DNA of 33,965 nucleotides from positions 1 through 33,965 of the IMG/VR virus record IMGVR_UViG_3300036987_000545; one strand, given 5' to 3'. A program made the translations under genes and the position numbers. The DNA comes from a virus (taxonomy: Duplodnaviria > Caudoviricetes). This document shows positions 17,001-23,683 of this stretch, one piece after another (the first letter of the stretch is position 1; each line of letters starts with the position of its first letter). The notes below the pieces were generated by a model, which saw nothing but the letters and a program-made list of their open reading frames with translations, was not told where the DNA came from and did not search any database.

Positions 17001-20000
17001 AGTGACTCCTTCGCTTGCCCATTTCTGCCTGAGCTGCCTGAAATCATCTTCTGTTTCCGGCTCGAACATCATCGGGGTATCGGTGTCCTGTGATGCCGTT
17101 TCTTCCTCGACCACAATGTCGGATACAGGAAGGCCTGCTTCGACCCTGAGCTGCCGGATGATTTCAGGATCCGTGGCCCATCCCTTGAGCCGTTCAATCT
17201 CGGATAGGATCTCGTCTATCTTCCCCTGGACATCGCCGACATTCTCGGCATCAACCGGGATATTGAGCCCGTATTCCTTGGCTATCTTTGCCCTGTCTGC
17301 TTTTGACAGGGTTAAAGCCCCGGTCAGGGTGGTCTTCATCCTGGTGAGGTCGTACAGCTTGTCTGCCAGGAGTTCTGACAGGATCTCGTTCTGCCTGATC
17401 ATCTCCTGGTATGATTCATCGGAGGCGAATCCGTCCAGGTCGGTCTGTGCGCTATCGTCGCGCTGCTGCTGGGACCTCTGGACCATGGAGGCGCGAACCA
17501 TGTCGATGAATACCAGGAGCTTGTCCGCGGTCATCTCGCGGTGTTTCCTGATCCCTACTGCCTGCAGGGCTTCGTCTCCCCTGGATGCTTCGGCAATCGC
17601 TGCAGCCTTGTCTGCCCGGATCTCCCCCATCATGAACAGTCCGTACAGGGAATCCCCTGCGTACCGTGCAATCACCCATCCGGCCCGGCCTTTGTCGTTC
17701 CGCAGAAGGCCGTTCTCCTGGGCTGCCTCCTCTGTGTAGCTGGTGTGCCGGAAGAAGTGGGCAAAGTCCTGTTCTGTTCCTTGGTTATCAAGGATGTTCT
17801 GCTCTGCATCGAGTATCAGCATTTGATCAACAGTGTACCCGTCTGACTCCTTGAACACCTGGACAGGAACCTGGGGGGCTCCGACACGCTGTGCAAGGTC
17901 TGCCCGGTGTCTTCCTGTTGCTATGATCCGCTTTCCATCGGATGCACGTTCCCATACAAGGATCGGGTTTGCCGGTTCAGTCCGGTACGACTTTCCCGGA
18001 AGCTGCTTGACGACACCACGCTTGTTGGCGTTTTTCTTGAACTGTGGAATTACTTCGTTGTCCACGAAGATTGAATCAGGCGACACCCATTCAACAGGGA
18101 GGGCCGTCCCCTTCATTGATGGAGGGACAGGCTGCTGTGTAACCGTCTCATCGGTGGGACTTTCCTGGATGGTCTGTTCTGCCTGCTTCGCTTCCTGCTG
18201 CATCTCCTGGTTGATCGCTGAAAGGGGAGAGGACTGGCTTCCCAACCATTCGTCGAATATCGCTGCAAGCTCAGGGCTTACCTTGTTCTCGGAGGACAAG
18301 GCCTTCCACATGCGGACGATGTATTTGCCGATCTGCTCGAAGATACCCCTGAGCCCCTCGTGCTGGACCGTACCGTAGGCTTCCCAGGTCATCACATCAT
18401 TGACAAGTTGTTCCTCTTGAGCCCTGGTCCAGACCCCTCCGGAGACGCCGTATGCCTGGTCCAGTTTCTTGCCTGCCTCGGTCCCGATGGTAGTTCTACG
18501 GTACATGTGCAGCATCTCATGGTGCAGCGAGAGGCTATTGGAACTCTTGGACAGGAGGATCAAGCCCCTCCCGCTGTCCGGATCCACATAGAATCCGGCC
18601 CTCGCGCTGGTTCCTTCGACTTCCCCGGTGGCCTGTGCCTTGGTCCATGCGTCCTGCAGCTTTGCATCATCCCGGACGAACAGCTCTGATTCCATGTACT
18701 TGTCCAGGAACTGCTGCACGGTGAGCCCTTCGGCGGCCGCCCTGGTTTCCAGCCTGGCTGTTTCAAGTTCTATCTGCAGCCTGGAAGCATCCGGGAACAT
18801 GTCTATCGCCCTGGCCCGGAACCTCTGGGTTCCTTCGTCCCCGGACTGGTTGAACCACTGCGCTCCATGCTCTATCCCGCGGGGGTTCATCTTCGTGGCC
18901 TTCTCCACGAGAGCCCGGGCCATCGCACTGGATGCTTCGTTGGCAATGATGGGGATCCCCGCATGGCTTGCTGCCAGCTCCATCAGGGCCTCGCTCGAAA
19001 CTCCTGCGTAGGCATCGGAGAAGTTTGCGTCCTTGAGCAGGAGCTGCCTGTTCCCTTTTGAATCCACCTGGATCTCGTACCCCAGTTTCCCCGTAGGCCT
19101 TCCGGTCTCAGGGTCTCCAATGAGGAACTGTGCCTCCACCGATCCATCGTCGGATTCATTTATCCGTACATCCCTGGTGTGAAGGTGTCCGGAGACGTAC
19201 TTGGCATCCAGGGGCTTGTTCTGCTCTGCTTCCAGGCTGGTCTTCTTCTGCTCCCGCTCCCACAGGTCGTTCAGGGCTTTCTCCTGCTCCTGCGGATCCA
19301 GCTGCCCCAGGACTTCCTTGACGACTTCCGTCTCCTTGGCGTTCTTGATGAAGGTCTGCCTGTCGGAGGCTTTCGCGTACTGCTGGAGCCCGCTGAGGGC
19401 CTTGTAGTCCGATGCGACACCCATAGGGCCGGATACGACGCTGAACCAGGGAGTGGCCAGGAAAGCGCCCTTGCTGGCTTCCAGCATGTCCCGGACGATC
19501 CTTTCGGTTCCCGGTCGGTCGATCTCCTTGCCCCTGAAATGCTCCATGTACTCTGCGGCGATGATATCCGTCAGGCTGGAGGCCAGGGCATCCAGGGGCT
19601 CCACGATCAGACCTTCTTCCAGAGTGGACACAGCTGTCCTGGTGAAGTGCCGGAGTATTATTGTCGGAACCACACCTTTGGCGAATACCTTCTGCGATAT
19701 CGCGTTCGCAAGGCCCCCGGATACACCAGTGGCAAGCCCCCGGACCATGGCATCGGCACCCAGGGCGGTGTTGATGATACCAGTAAGGGCTCCGGATATT
19801 GCAGCCCCTATGGTAGCCACATCATTGTCGGCTCCGTTCTCGATGAGCCGGAGGTATTCATGCCCCACTGATCCCAGTCCCATATCCACGGCGGAATAGA
19901 GCTTGGATGCGGCCGCAACACCCTTCATGAGGGCAGGAGTGACAGCCAGACCCATGGCTCCTGCGACGGGAGCCACTGCAGCTCCTGCGATACTTAGACC

Positions 20001-20546
20001 TACAGCACGGACGATCTGGGGATAGTTGTTCACGCCAGCCTTGAGGGACTCGATGAATATGTTCCGGTCATCCACGTTGTCGGCGTATTTCTCCATCTCC
20101 CTGCGGAGGAAGGCCAGCTCCTGGGTCAGTTCAGGGGTCAGCCCCCCTTCCTTCTGAGCCCTGCGGCCCAGGTCGTTTATCTCCCTGGCCACGTTTGCCA
20201 TGTGGAACTGGTCCACCACGGCCCTTGCAGCGGTCTTCGGAGGCATGCTGGCACCGAAGAACCCGTATATGTACGAGTCCAGGTTCTGCATCGTCTCGGT
20301 TATCGGTTTATTGTGGATCCTGGAGAACTGGATCGCGGAGGCCCACTTCCATACATCGTCATCAGGATTCGGCGCGGTGGACAAGGATTTATTGATGATG
20401 TCCAGCTCCCAGGGCTGTACGCTTACACCCTGGAAGGTGGTGGCTTCCTTGACCTTGCGGTAGGTATCATCGACATTGAACTCGAACTTCTGCCCGGAGG
20501 CTGCCTTCTCGTATGCCTTGCTGGTGTCGAAGCTGAAATCGCTCAT
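8034..20546 (-). CDS. Giant (4170 aa) internal virion / large polyvalent protein
   Basis: Third gene after tail tubular B, in a gp16-like position. Contains HEMLH peptidase motif, ParB-like domain, GNAT, two ART-like domains, LPD23-like domain with HELQH, and helical/hydrophobic N- and C-terminal regions. Confidence 0.9.
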   Translation of the reverse strand: MSDFSFDTSKAYEKAASGQKFEFNVDDTYRKVKEATTFQGVSVQPWELDIINKSLSTAPNPDDDVWKWASAIQFSRIHNKPITETMQNLDSYIYGFFGASMPPKTAARAVVDQFHMANVAREINDLGRRAQKEGGLTPELTQELAFLRREMEKYADNVDDRNIFIESLKAGVNNYPQIVRAVGLSIAGAAVAPVAGAMGLAVTPALMKGVAAASKLYSAVDMGLGSVGHEYLRLIENGADNDVATIGAAISGALTGIINTALGADAMVRGLATGVSGGLANAISQKVFAKGVVPTIILRHFTRTAVSTLEEGLIVEPLDALASSLTDIIAAEYMEHFRGKEIDRPGTERIVRDMLEASKGAFLATPWFSVVSGPMGVASDYKALSGLQQYAKASDRQTFIKNAKETEVVKEVLGQLDPQEQEKALNDLWEREQKKTSLEAEQNKPLDAKYVSGHLHTRDVRINESDDGSVEAQFLIGDPETGRPTGKLGYEIQVDSKGNRQLLLKDANFSDAYAGVSSEALMELAASHAGIPIIANEASSAMARALVEKATKMNPRGIEHGAQWFNQSGDEGTQRFRARAIDMFPDASRLQIELETARLETRAAAEGLTVQQFLDKYMESELFVRDDAKLQDAWTKAQATGEVEGTSARAGFYVDPDSGRGLILLSKSSNSLSLHHEMLHMYRRTTIGTEAGKKLDQAYGVSGGVWTRAQEEQLVNDVMTWEAYGTVQHEGLRGIFEQIGKYIVRMWKALSSENKVSPELAAIFDEWLGSQSSPLSAINQEMQQEAKQAEQTIQESPTDETVTQQPVPPSMKGTALPVEWVSPDSIFVDNEVIPQFKKNANKRGVVKQLPGKSYRTEPANPILVWERASDGKRIIATGRHRADLAQRVGAPQVPVQVFKESDGYTVDQMLILDAEQNILDNQGTEQDFAHFFRHTSYTEEAAQENGLLRNDKGRAGWVIARYAGDSLYGLFMMGEIRADKAAAIAEASRGDEALQAVGIRKHREMTADKLLVFIDMVRASMVQRSQQQRDDSAQTDLDGFASDESYQEMIRQNEILSELLADKLYDLTRMKTTLTGALTLSKADRAKIAKEYGLNIPVDAENVGDVQGKIDEILSEIERLKGWATDPEIIRQLRVEAGLPVSDIVVEEETASQDTDTPMMFEPETEDDFRQLRQKWASEGVTLDIYPGKNSASVTIKVNKELRGKGLATAAMMEAGALADKHGIQLELTPTSEWGSSKARLVEFYKRFGFVENKGKHKDFRVSESMYRPVARVMFEADDLFDERTLSDVAVKKFGTTTNPKEAGYILSDGRMLNFSGKDIGMGTTSDYQGGIRMLQHGAVASIEGISKKDPSQDFMKKTGAVRVDFNAGVAYSLGVPSFDAAAIIAANAKGSFTLHIDGPDGQLVGRKTLNSATPYDVAKFYDNPTKPETASLFDEADLPPRKQKDQFLLFEPAGDIGSDKFKAFYDGSKIIDGNGNPVEVYHGTGSVIEEFSLGIAQDKEGRKRNLGMGKGKIYLTGEKAVASAFAMAATERNLGKTPNVMPLYASIKNPIMEKDYYSRFKELSGKDLFDSSVEMKTRDSFIDKLDKQLKSEGVDGIIEIHPDGSFGQIAAFYPTQIKSVNNYGTWDTSDPRILFEYAGENAVLTDEERSALAQAKQMLASGVDGEEIRQKTGWFQGKYDGVWRTEVPSGEIIPRDEIESWGTREDMKQGNKTFDTVGGVYRNPELFKAYPGIDRIGLTLLPDTENGWLQDNPYGMPSIGVGYSRKTGEINKNTLVHELQHAIQKVQGFARGSTPEMQRKMQDENAASYRFYSDQMSKAKKDGDKELYRKLYELRAKVPAPQDPFQAYTKTAGEIEARDAASRMGFSRDQRKSIRPYSSEDIAADEAIILFEPEDITPEAQEAFNAAIETFGTTRDVYEAGYVLPDGTMLDFSGRHEATGYQKKNGMFVVDKGRDYLKHERATDHREIDWPGAPEGRNDSMEAFIDMGAIRMDANSGLADMSRMPTTKQWSVIKTIIQGSGTSWVEMRDGKRTATIEADGNPAKALGYIRRFYDGQDFDSTIMFEAGDPEFDRWSEGHKVVDDSSYKNLQSILSIAQESDLNASGYYRETTNSEISVLGALNHLKGWYNRSLEKHQQNAVAYKTDDTLERTLQWMKTKGISEQSATEQDRELAMDLGYWIPSDRTVSEQIEYHKTEAVYEAKEASDLVQKISGIDQLIEKASNTFQTGEPVVAKVFHGTGRNVDQFDSFREDLRGSFTGARSAKIAFFFGGNINTAHAYVPDTGQNTEWYNRLVADGNAKGASDEAVDRLQRYVDAYLEMGTVLNDALTQIQAEIDALGPTHPDTKFLDRLDDKRRKLVGEIQDHYTEFPSIETTKRIAEYAGLDDFDPAPPAGGVLELWLKLDNPKVIDWGGGAWHQAADGVTGRWFEAVKAARDEGHDGIILMNARDGGPTDNIFAKFSSYGIKDASGRNVTFDETNRIYFEADDGWIYKAEETISQKLKGPMPGNSILKMLQNAGVKAEELKWTGLDKFLDTDEKLTPAQVMEHIQGNRLQIEEVEKGWNSERARRKLTKDILDKKWEIGQTTDPVEMERLRGELDHLNKQALAMPLPNPPKFSQYTLPGGENYREVLFKLPVKVGELKPFPEFDVWAKENLNEIGLADEKFAREGYEIAKKEQYNDAYSDAYNRQYQSGHWDERNVLAHTRLNDRVTSDGKKALFIEEIQSDLHQEGKKKGYSTEVNIKIVESQDDPGYWFAEDDPGKLFTSKEVAEKSVEKRINGLMTPGVPDSPFKKTWHEFVFKRILREAVEKGYDTVSWTPGAVQFDRWGSEEIAWKREGEGWKVAVTEQRGGVAGGVDIEADARRRGELLEVSGKSVNSKEALQGIVRNILSREHSDEQISKIVDRTWTRMQTEDEGSSMPRKEGMEGFYDKMLVDYANSFGKKYGAQVADSELPMQGWMLVETGTPDEGRRIGSDVFDSEAEAERFAENSRMTYYSAEPVESQTVHSMPITPAMTMIAEKGTYLFEAVEQASLTVQDELYSRGLEYSVQYSRSSLSRYYKVNGEYLVRVSDHPSPPAGGYYGKADINYDVKDPESARVFTEWADTIGGKPRFSGEQWFAPEGMTEATPKTLFEPEDSEPDAYTQNRGKFASQLSEGKNLEAFLSDLWERIKAENDPETKGKTSIEKMLANHPFVLGAVISHGKKGQPLNSTVRRAVLSSIRKSELAFKEMSSELTGDLDLAQEVRVEKEAVTGPRDIKLPRAYKGMTVAQRQAVLDNIRDKNLKEKIENDTITEPEIKEYIERLESDRKKLADREKSLDTSKLKGQALAEALKSAREESKLAAKEIRAMYKLKEVRAKLVANILEPIRKGAKIDYEQKTQLRAIKDYLRNKKWETERTEAGGYRKTGRIVEPPLNWSKISQLFREHPGLENILTQNLVNKINDKPLKDWTYSELLRLNKAMEAIYAAGRTSWQVKENVRNMAIYNHRDEVERGLKANPKYKDQNAPGSAEERKILKGLNSKYGLILGTMNSERFIEYVLDKKNPDKPNWTLLVDEHEKHYKERLRQTERRANPVLAYMKAHNITADKLTRKIKVEGAFFNGKDVHYTADDIMMFVAGARNEKSRDALLGMLLDEVNEKKFLYDSKTLRAIAEPRLHAVLKAAETELTADEKGLMELIAKDYATEFPRLNKEIIRLTNEELRQEENYIPMLRMGLTQNVTESVVNDILTRNASADGSTSYMKASPENGWAKERINIGLTNQAPIRLGLFKTWMEATHAQEQLIAMGEYVDRLNRVYKGHGAEKIRTMIKNMAGDSGLKVVDNHIHNIAHTRAVEMFGRQGADVSDQLLRRARGFVAVSALSWRLASALNNLMTTPWPYLAYAPGQLFGTAADMMRNPTVWMEETKALSITLRNYNPDPLWQQIKRMDPEGYEKVVKKIGEVGMKGLEFSQTWMVALGWRAVYNKEMAKHGNQEQAIERADYVTRHCQPSARAIDMAPLFQDTHEWKRAFTQFGSQLNVVFQQMAFDMPHALSEKNYSEFFGIAAGMVVSGMALGVIRKGFGRDKRKEDDDQWWQDWMFYAISQPFASLPLVSGPVSQAVKSLVTKRPYYKSGSGMYPVIESMISSGYNLVSGNTGKGMTEAAVTLARISGLPILAVQEYLQYLQDALGEE
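11145..17066 (-). repeat. Nine dispersed copies of an inter-domain motif hh-F-E-[P/A/Y] within the giant protein
   Basis: FE codons at 17061-66 (MMFEP), 16719-24 (VMFEA), 16191-96 (LLFEP), 15636-41 (ILFEY), 14868-73 (ILFEP), 14349-54 (IMFEA), 13092-97 (IYFEA), 11466-71 (YLFEA), 11145-50 (TLFEP). Confidence 0.8.
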
Positions 20547-22654
20547 TTAAGCACCCATTTCTTGCTGGCTGAATCCCAGTTGTACATGCCCAGGATGTAC
20601 CTGAGCTTGTCCTCGGTCGTGGTCCGCTTGTCCAGCTCCCGTCTCAAGGCAGGTGCGGAGGGAAGCCCTGCGTCCCCTGGCCACTCACTGAACTCCTCTG
20701 GCTTGGTCAACCTCTGGCCGGCAGGAGCCGGGGAGAGGGCTGGATCCCGGCCCGAAGGGGCAGGAGGAGGCGGTTCATCCCGGCTATCCAACCGGGACTG
20801 GATATCCGCTGGCACTCCTGCTGGGGTTGGCCGCTGGTGTATCCGGTCTATCTTCCTGTCATTCCCTGCCGTGTCACGCACATGGAGTGAATACTTGTCC
20901 TCCATCGACCTGGCGCTCTGGTTGAACTTGAAGTAGTACGTGCTGCCATCCGGAGAGGTGAAGGTCACCCGGCCATCGTCTCCCACCTTCTCGGTCAACG
21001 GGATGACAATGCCGTACTCCTGGGCAGCTATATCTTTCTGCCAGCCTATGAGCATATTGTAGGAGCTGTTCACCGCTCCTGAAATCCTCACCCCGCCCTG
21101 GGCTCCGATGTCAACCGCAGCATCCAGCTTGCCTTCCTCTGACATGGATCCCATCCGGACCATGTTCAAGAGGAAATGGGTGTCCCTCGTCGCGCCATGC
21201 TTGAACTCCATGTTGCGGATAAACTGAATCTCCTCAGCCTTCCACACGTTATGATAGTTCTGAGCCCATTCCTCGGCTTCCTTGAGGGTAATGTTCGGCC
21301 TGGCTCCAGCCATGTTTGTCAGTGCATCCTGGAAGTCCCTGACCCTTCTGTTCCTTTCTTCAAGCGGCATCTTGTTCAGGTCAGACCCTTTGTTGTTGTA
21401 ATCCTTGGCAAGACTATCAGCCAGGAGCTTCAAGGGCTCGGGCATGTGTCCAAGGATGGAATTCCTGTTCTTGGAATACTCGGACAGGTTCTCCCCGCCG
21501 GATTCGACATGGAGCGCATCCAGGGAGATAAGGGAATCCATCATGGTTACCCGCTCCCCGGTCGCAGGGTTCACGTATCCATCTTTGAAATTCCGAGCAA
21601 CCTGGTCCATCATTGCCCGGTTCGCGTGGCTGGCTTCCTTGCCCCCAGATGGACCGGCCTTCAGATCTTCTATGCGCTTGTCAGTAGCATCCAGGAGCTT
21701 CTTGCGGAGGTCCTGCCTGTGGCTCCAGTTCTCCAGGCCCTTGTACCCTGTCAGATCTCCTTCGACCAGCAGCTCCTGGCGTAGCATCATGAGCCCTGCA
21801 AGGTTCTCGGTGTTGTTGTTGTACTGCCTCCAGAAGAAGGCATCCATGGCCTGGATCTGCTCGTTCCGGTACGACACTGCCAGATCCTCGGCAGCCTTAC
21901 TTGAAATGTTCCTTCCCTTGAGGAAGGCAATCATCGACCCTTCTGGGTCCGGGTCGTAGTATCCCTTCCTCTGGTCAAGGAACCCCTCGAAGTCGGCCTT
22001 GGCCTGCTTGTCGTTGGCTTCCATGGTCTTGTACATGGTGTCCAGCGCGGCGTTCTTGACATTCAGCGGCAATTCCTTGTCCTGCTGCAGGCGCTGGATC
22101 GTAGCCTCGTAGCCATTCTCCTTGGCCGCTTCCATGATCCCCTCGACGCCGGCCTGGGCCTTCGCTGCCCTGAGCCGCTCGCCCTTCCAGGTATTGTCGA
22201 ACGGGGTCTTGTTTATGATCTCGGTTATCTGCTCGTACCGTTGCTGTGCGGACAGCCCCGGGTTGTTTGAAATAGTATACAGTGCGTTGTTGAAATCCTC
22301 TTCGGCCAGGGCAAGCTGCTTCTTGTTCATCGCAAGCCCGACCCTCAGCTTCATCTCCGGTATCATGGAAGCTATCCCGGACTTGACTGCACCTTTGGCA
22401 GGACCGTAGGAAAGCTCCTCGGCATAGTCATTGAGCCCTGCTACGAACTCATCGAAGGATACCTCGAAGTCATCCGGGACAATCTCGCCCTTGTCTATCT
22501 TCAGGAGGTAGTCCGTAGTCTTCAGATCCAGGTCTGCCTTGGCTTTGATCTGGGCGGACTGGACCCGCATCTGGGCTATCCCTACGGCGTCACGGAGGAT
22601 GGTGTTCGACAGGGCTGCAAGCCCCTCAAGAAGGCTGCCGGTTCCTTTACTCAT
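20543..22654 (-). CDS. Internal virion (ejection) protein, gp15-like by position
   Basis: 703-aa helical protein between a gp14-like gene and the giant gene, with ATGA overlaps on both sides. Confidence 0.6.
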   Translation of the reverse strand: MSKGTGSLLEGLAALSNTILRDAVGIAQMRVQSAQIKAKADLDLKTTDYLLKIDKGEIVPDDFEVSFDEFVAGLNDYAEELSYGPAKGAVKSGIASMIPEMKLRVGLAMNKKQLALAEEDFNNALYTISNNPGLSAQQRYEQITEIINKTPFDNTWKGERLRAAKAQAGVEGIMEAAKENGYEATIQRLQQDKELPLNVKNAALDTMYKTMEANDKQAKADFEGFLDQRKGYYDPDPEGSMIAFLKGRNISSKAAEDLAVSYRNEQIQAMDAFFWRQYNNNTENLAGLMMLRQELLVEGDLTGYKGLENWSHRQDLRKKLLDATDKRIEDLKAGPSGGKEASHANRAMMDQVARNFKDGYVNPATGERVTMMDSLISLDALHVESGGENLSEYSKNRNSILGHMPEPLKLLADSLAKDYNNKGSDLNKMPLEERNRRVRDFQDALTNMAGARPNITLKEAEEWAQNYHNVWKAEEIQFIRNMEFKHGATRDTHFLLNMVRMGSMSEEGKLDAAVDIGAQGGVRISGAVNSSYNMLIGWQKDIAAQEYGIVIPLTEKVGDDGRVTFTSPDGSTYYFKFNQSARSMEDKYSLHVRDTAGNDRKIDRIHQRPTPAGVPADIQSRLDSRDEPPPPAPSGRDPALSPAPAGQRLTKPEEFSEWPGDAGLPSAPALRRELDKRTTTEDKLRYILGMYNWDSASKKWVLK

Positions 22655-23682
22655 AGGTTAAACCTCGGATCGAAGCGGGCTGTCAGGGGGCTTTGTAGAT
22701 ATGATGGCATTTGTGGATACGCCTGGTTGTTCATTGGCATCATGCCGCCAACCTGTAGCATTTCAGGAGTTGCCATTGGAGACATCGTTGGCAATGCAAG
22801 GCCTTTGAACTGTGTCTGCCCGAAACTATCCTTAAATCCTCCCCATAGATCCTGGGCTTTGCCCCCGAACTTCCGGGCATCGGATCCCCATATATCCATT
22901 TTGGGCGGGTCGAATTCCTTGAAGAATGTATCATCCTCGGTTAATGCTGTGTACATCTTCTCTCCGCCCATGCGCATCATCCCCAGCATGCCTGGCATCT
23001 GACCGTTGTTCATAGCTCCAAGCCCGAAGTTACCAAGGTCTAATCCGGCCAGCTTCAATCCTCCTATTGCTGTTGATCCTAAGCTGTAGACCGAAGCAGC
23101 CGTCTTCAGGAACCCGCCAAGTATATCAAGCCCGCCTGGCATGTTGTCTTCCATCTTGCTGATATTCTTGTTGAGCTTGGTCAGGTTATTCTCTCCCTGC
23201 TTCTTCCTGAACCTGGCATTCTCGATTGACATTGCCGTGTTCTCGCCGGTCATCGAGATGCTCTCTGACGACTTGGAGAACCAGTTGCGGAGAGCACGGT
23301 CTGTCTCGCTCAATGACGCCTGGGCTGCCATGTACGGAGAGCCTTCGGATATCCCACTGAGCCCTGAATCGGCAAGCGCGGCACTTTCAGCCTGGAACTG
23401 GTCGATGGATGCAGCCCTTGCTTGTTCTCCGATTGCATCGGCTTCCATGTTCGCCTGTTGCGCTGCAATGGCTGCCTGTCTCTGGGTTTGCGACCAGTCC
23501 TTCGCAATGGATTCGTCAAGGAGCTGTGCTTCCACCTTGGCTTGCGCCAGATCTTTCCTGGCTTCCTCGGCCCGGCCAGTAGCGCCCCCAGTCATGATAT
23601 TTAATATGTCATCCCCGTACTTGGATACTACCTTGGTAACAGGCTTGAAGATAGCCTTGTAAAGGAGATTAGCAAGTCCCAT
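22651..23682 (-). CDS. Internal virion (ejection) protein, gp14-like
   Basis: Ala/Gln-rich coiled coil, ADSGLSGISEGSP motif, Gly-rich hydrophobic segment. Directly after tail tubular B. Confidence 0.65.
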   Translation of the reverse strand: MGLANLLYKAIFKPVTKVVSKYGDDILNIMTGGATGRAEEARKDLAQAKVEAQLLDESIAKDWSQTQRQAAIAAQQANMEADAIGEQARAASIDQFQAESAALADSGLSGISEGSPYMAAQASLSETDRALRNWFSKSSESISMTGENTAMSIENARFRKKQGENNLTKLNKNISKMEDNMPGGLDILGGFLKTAASVYSLGSTAIGGLKLAGLDLGNFGLGAMNNGQMPGMLGMMRMGGEKMYTALTEDDTFFKEFDPPKMDIWGSDARKFGGKAQDLWGGFKDSFGQTQFKGLALPTMSPMATPEMLQVGGMMPMNNQAYPQMPSYLQSPLTARFDPRFNL

Positions 23683-23683
23683 G

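Noticed and set aside
18930-19180. Possible degenerate GNAT-like fold in the giant protein N-terminal region
   Set aside because: Strand/helix pattern is suggestive but the acetyl-CoA loop motif is absent, so it cannot be supported by eye.
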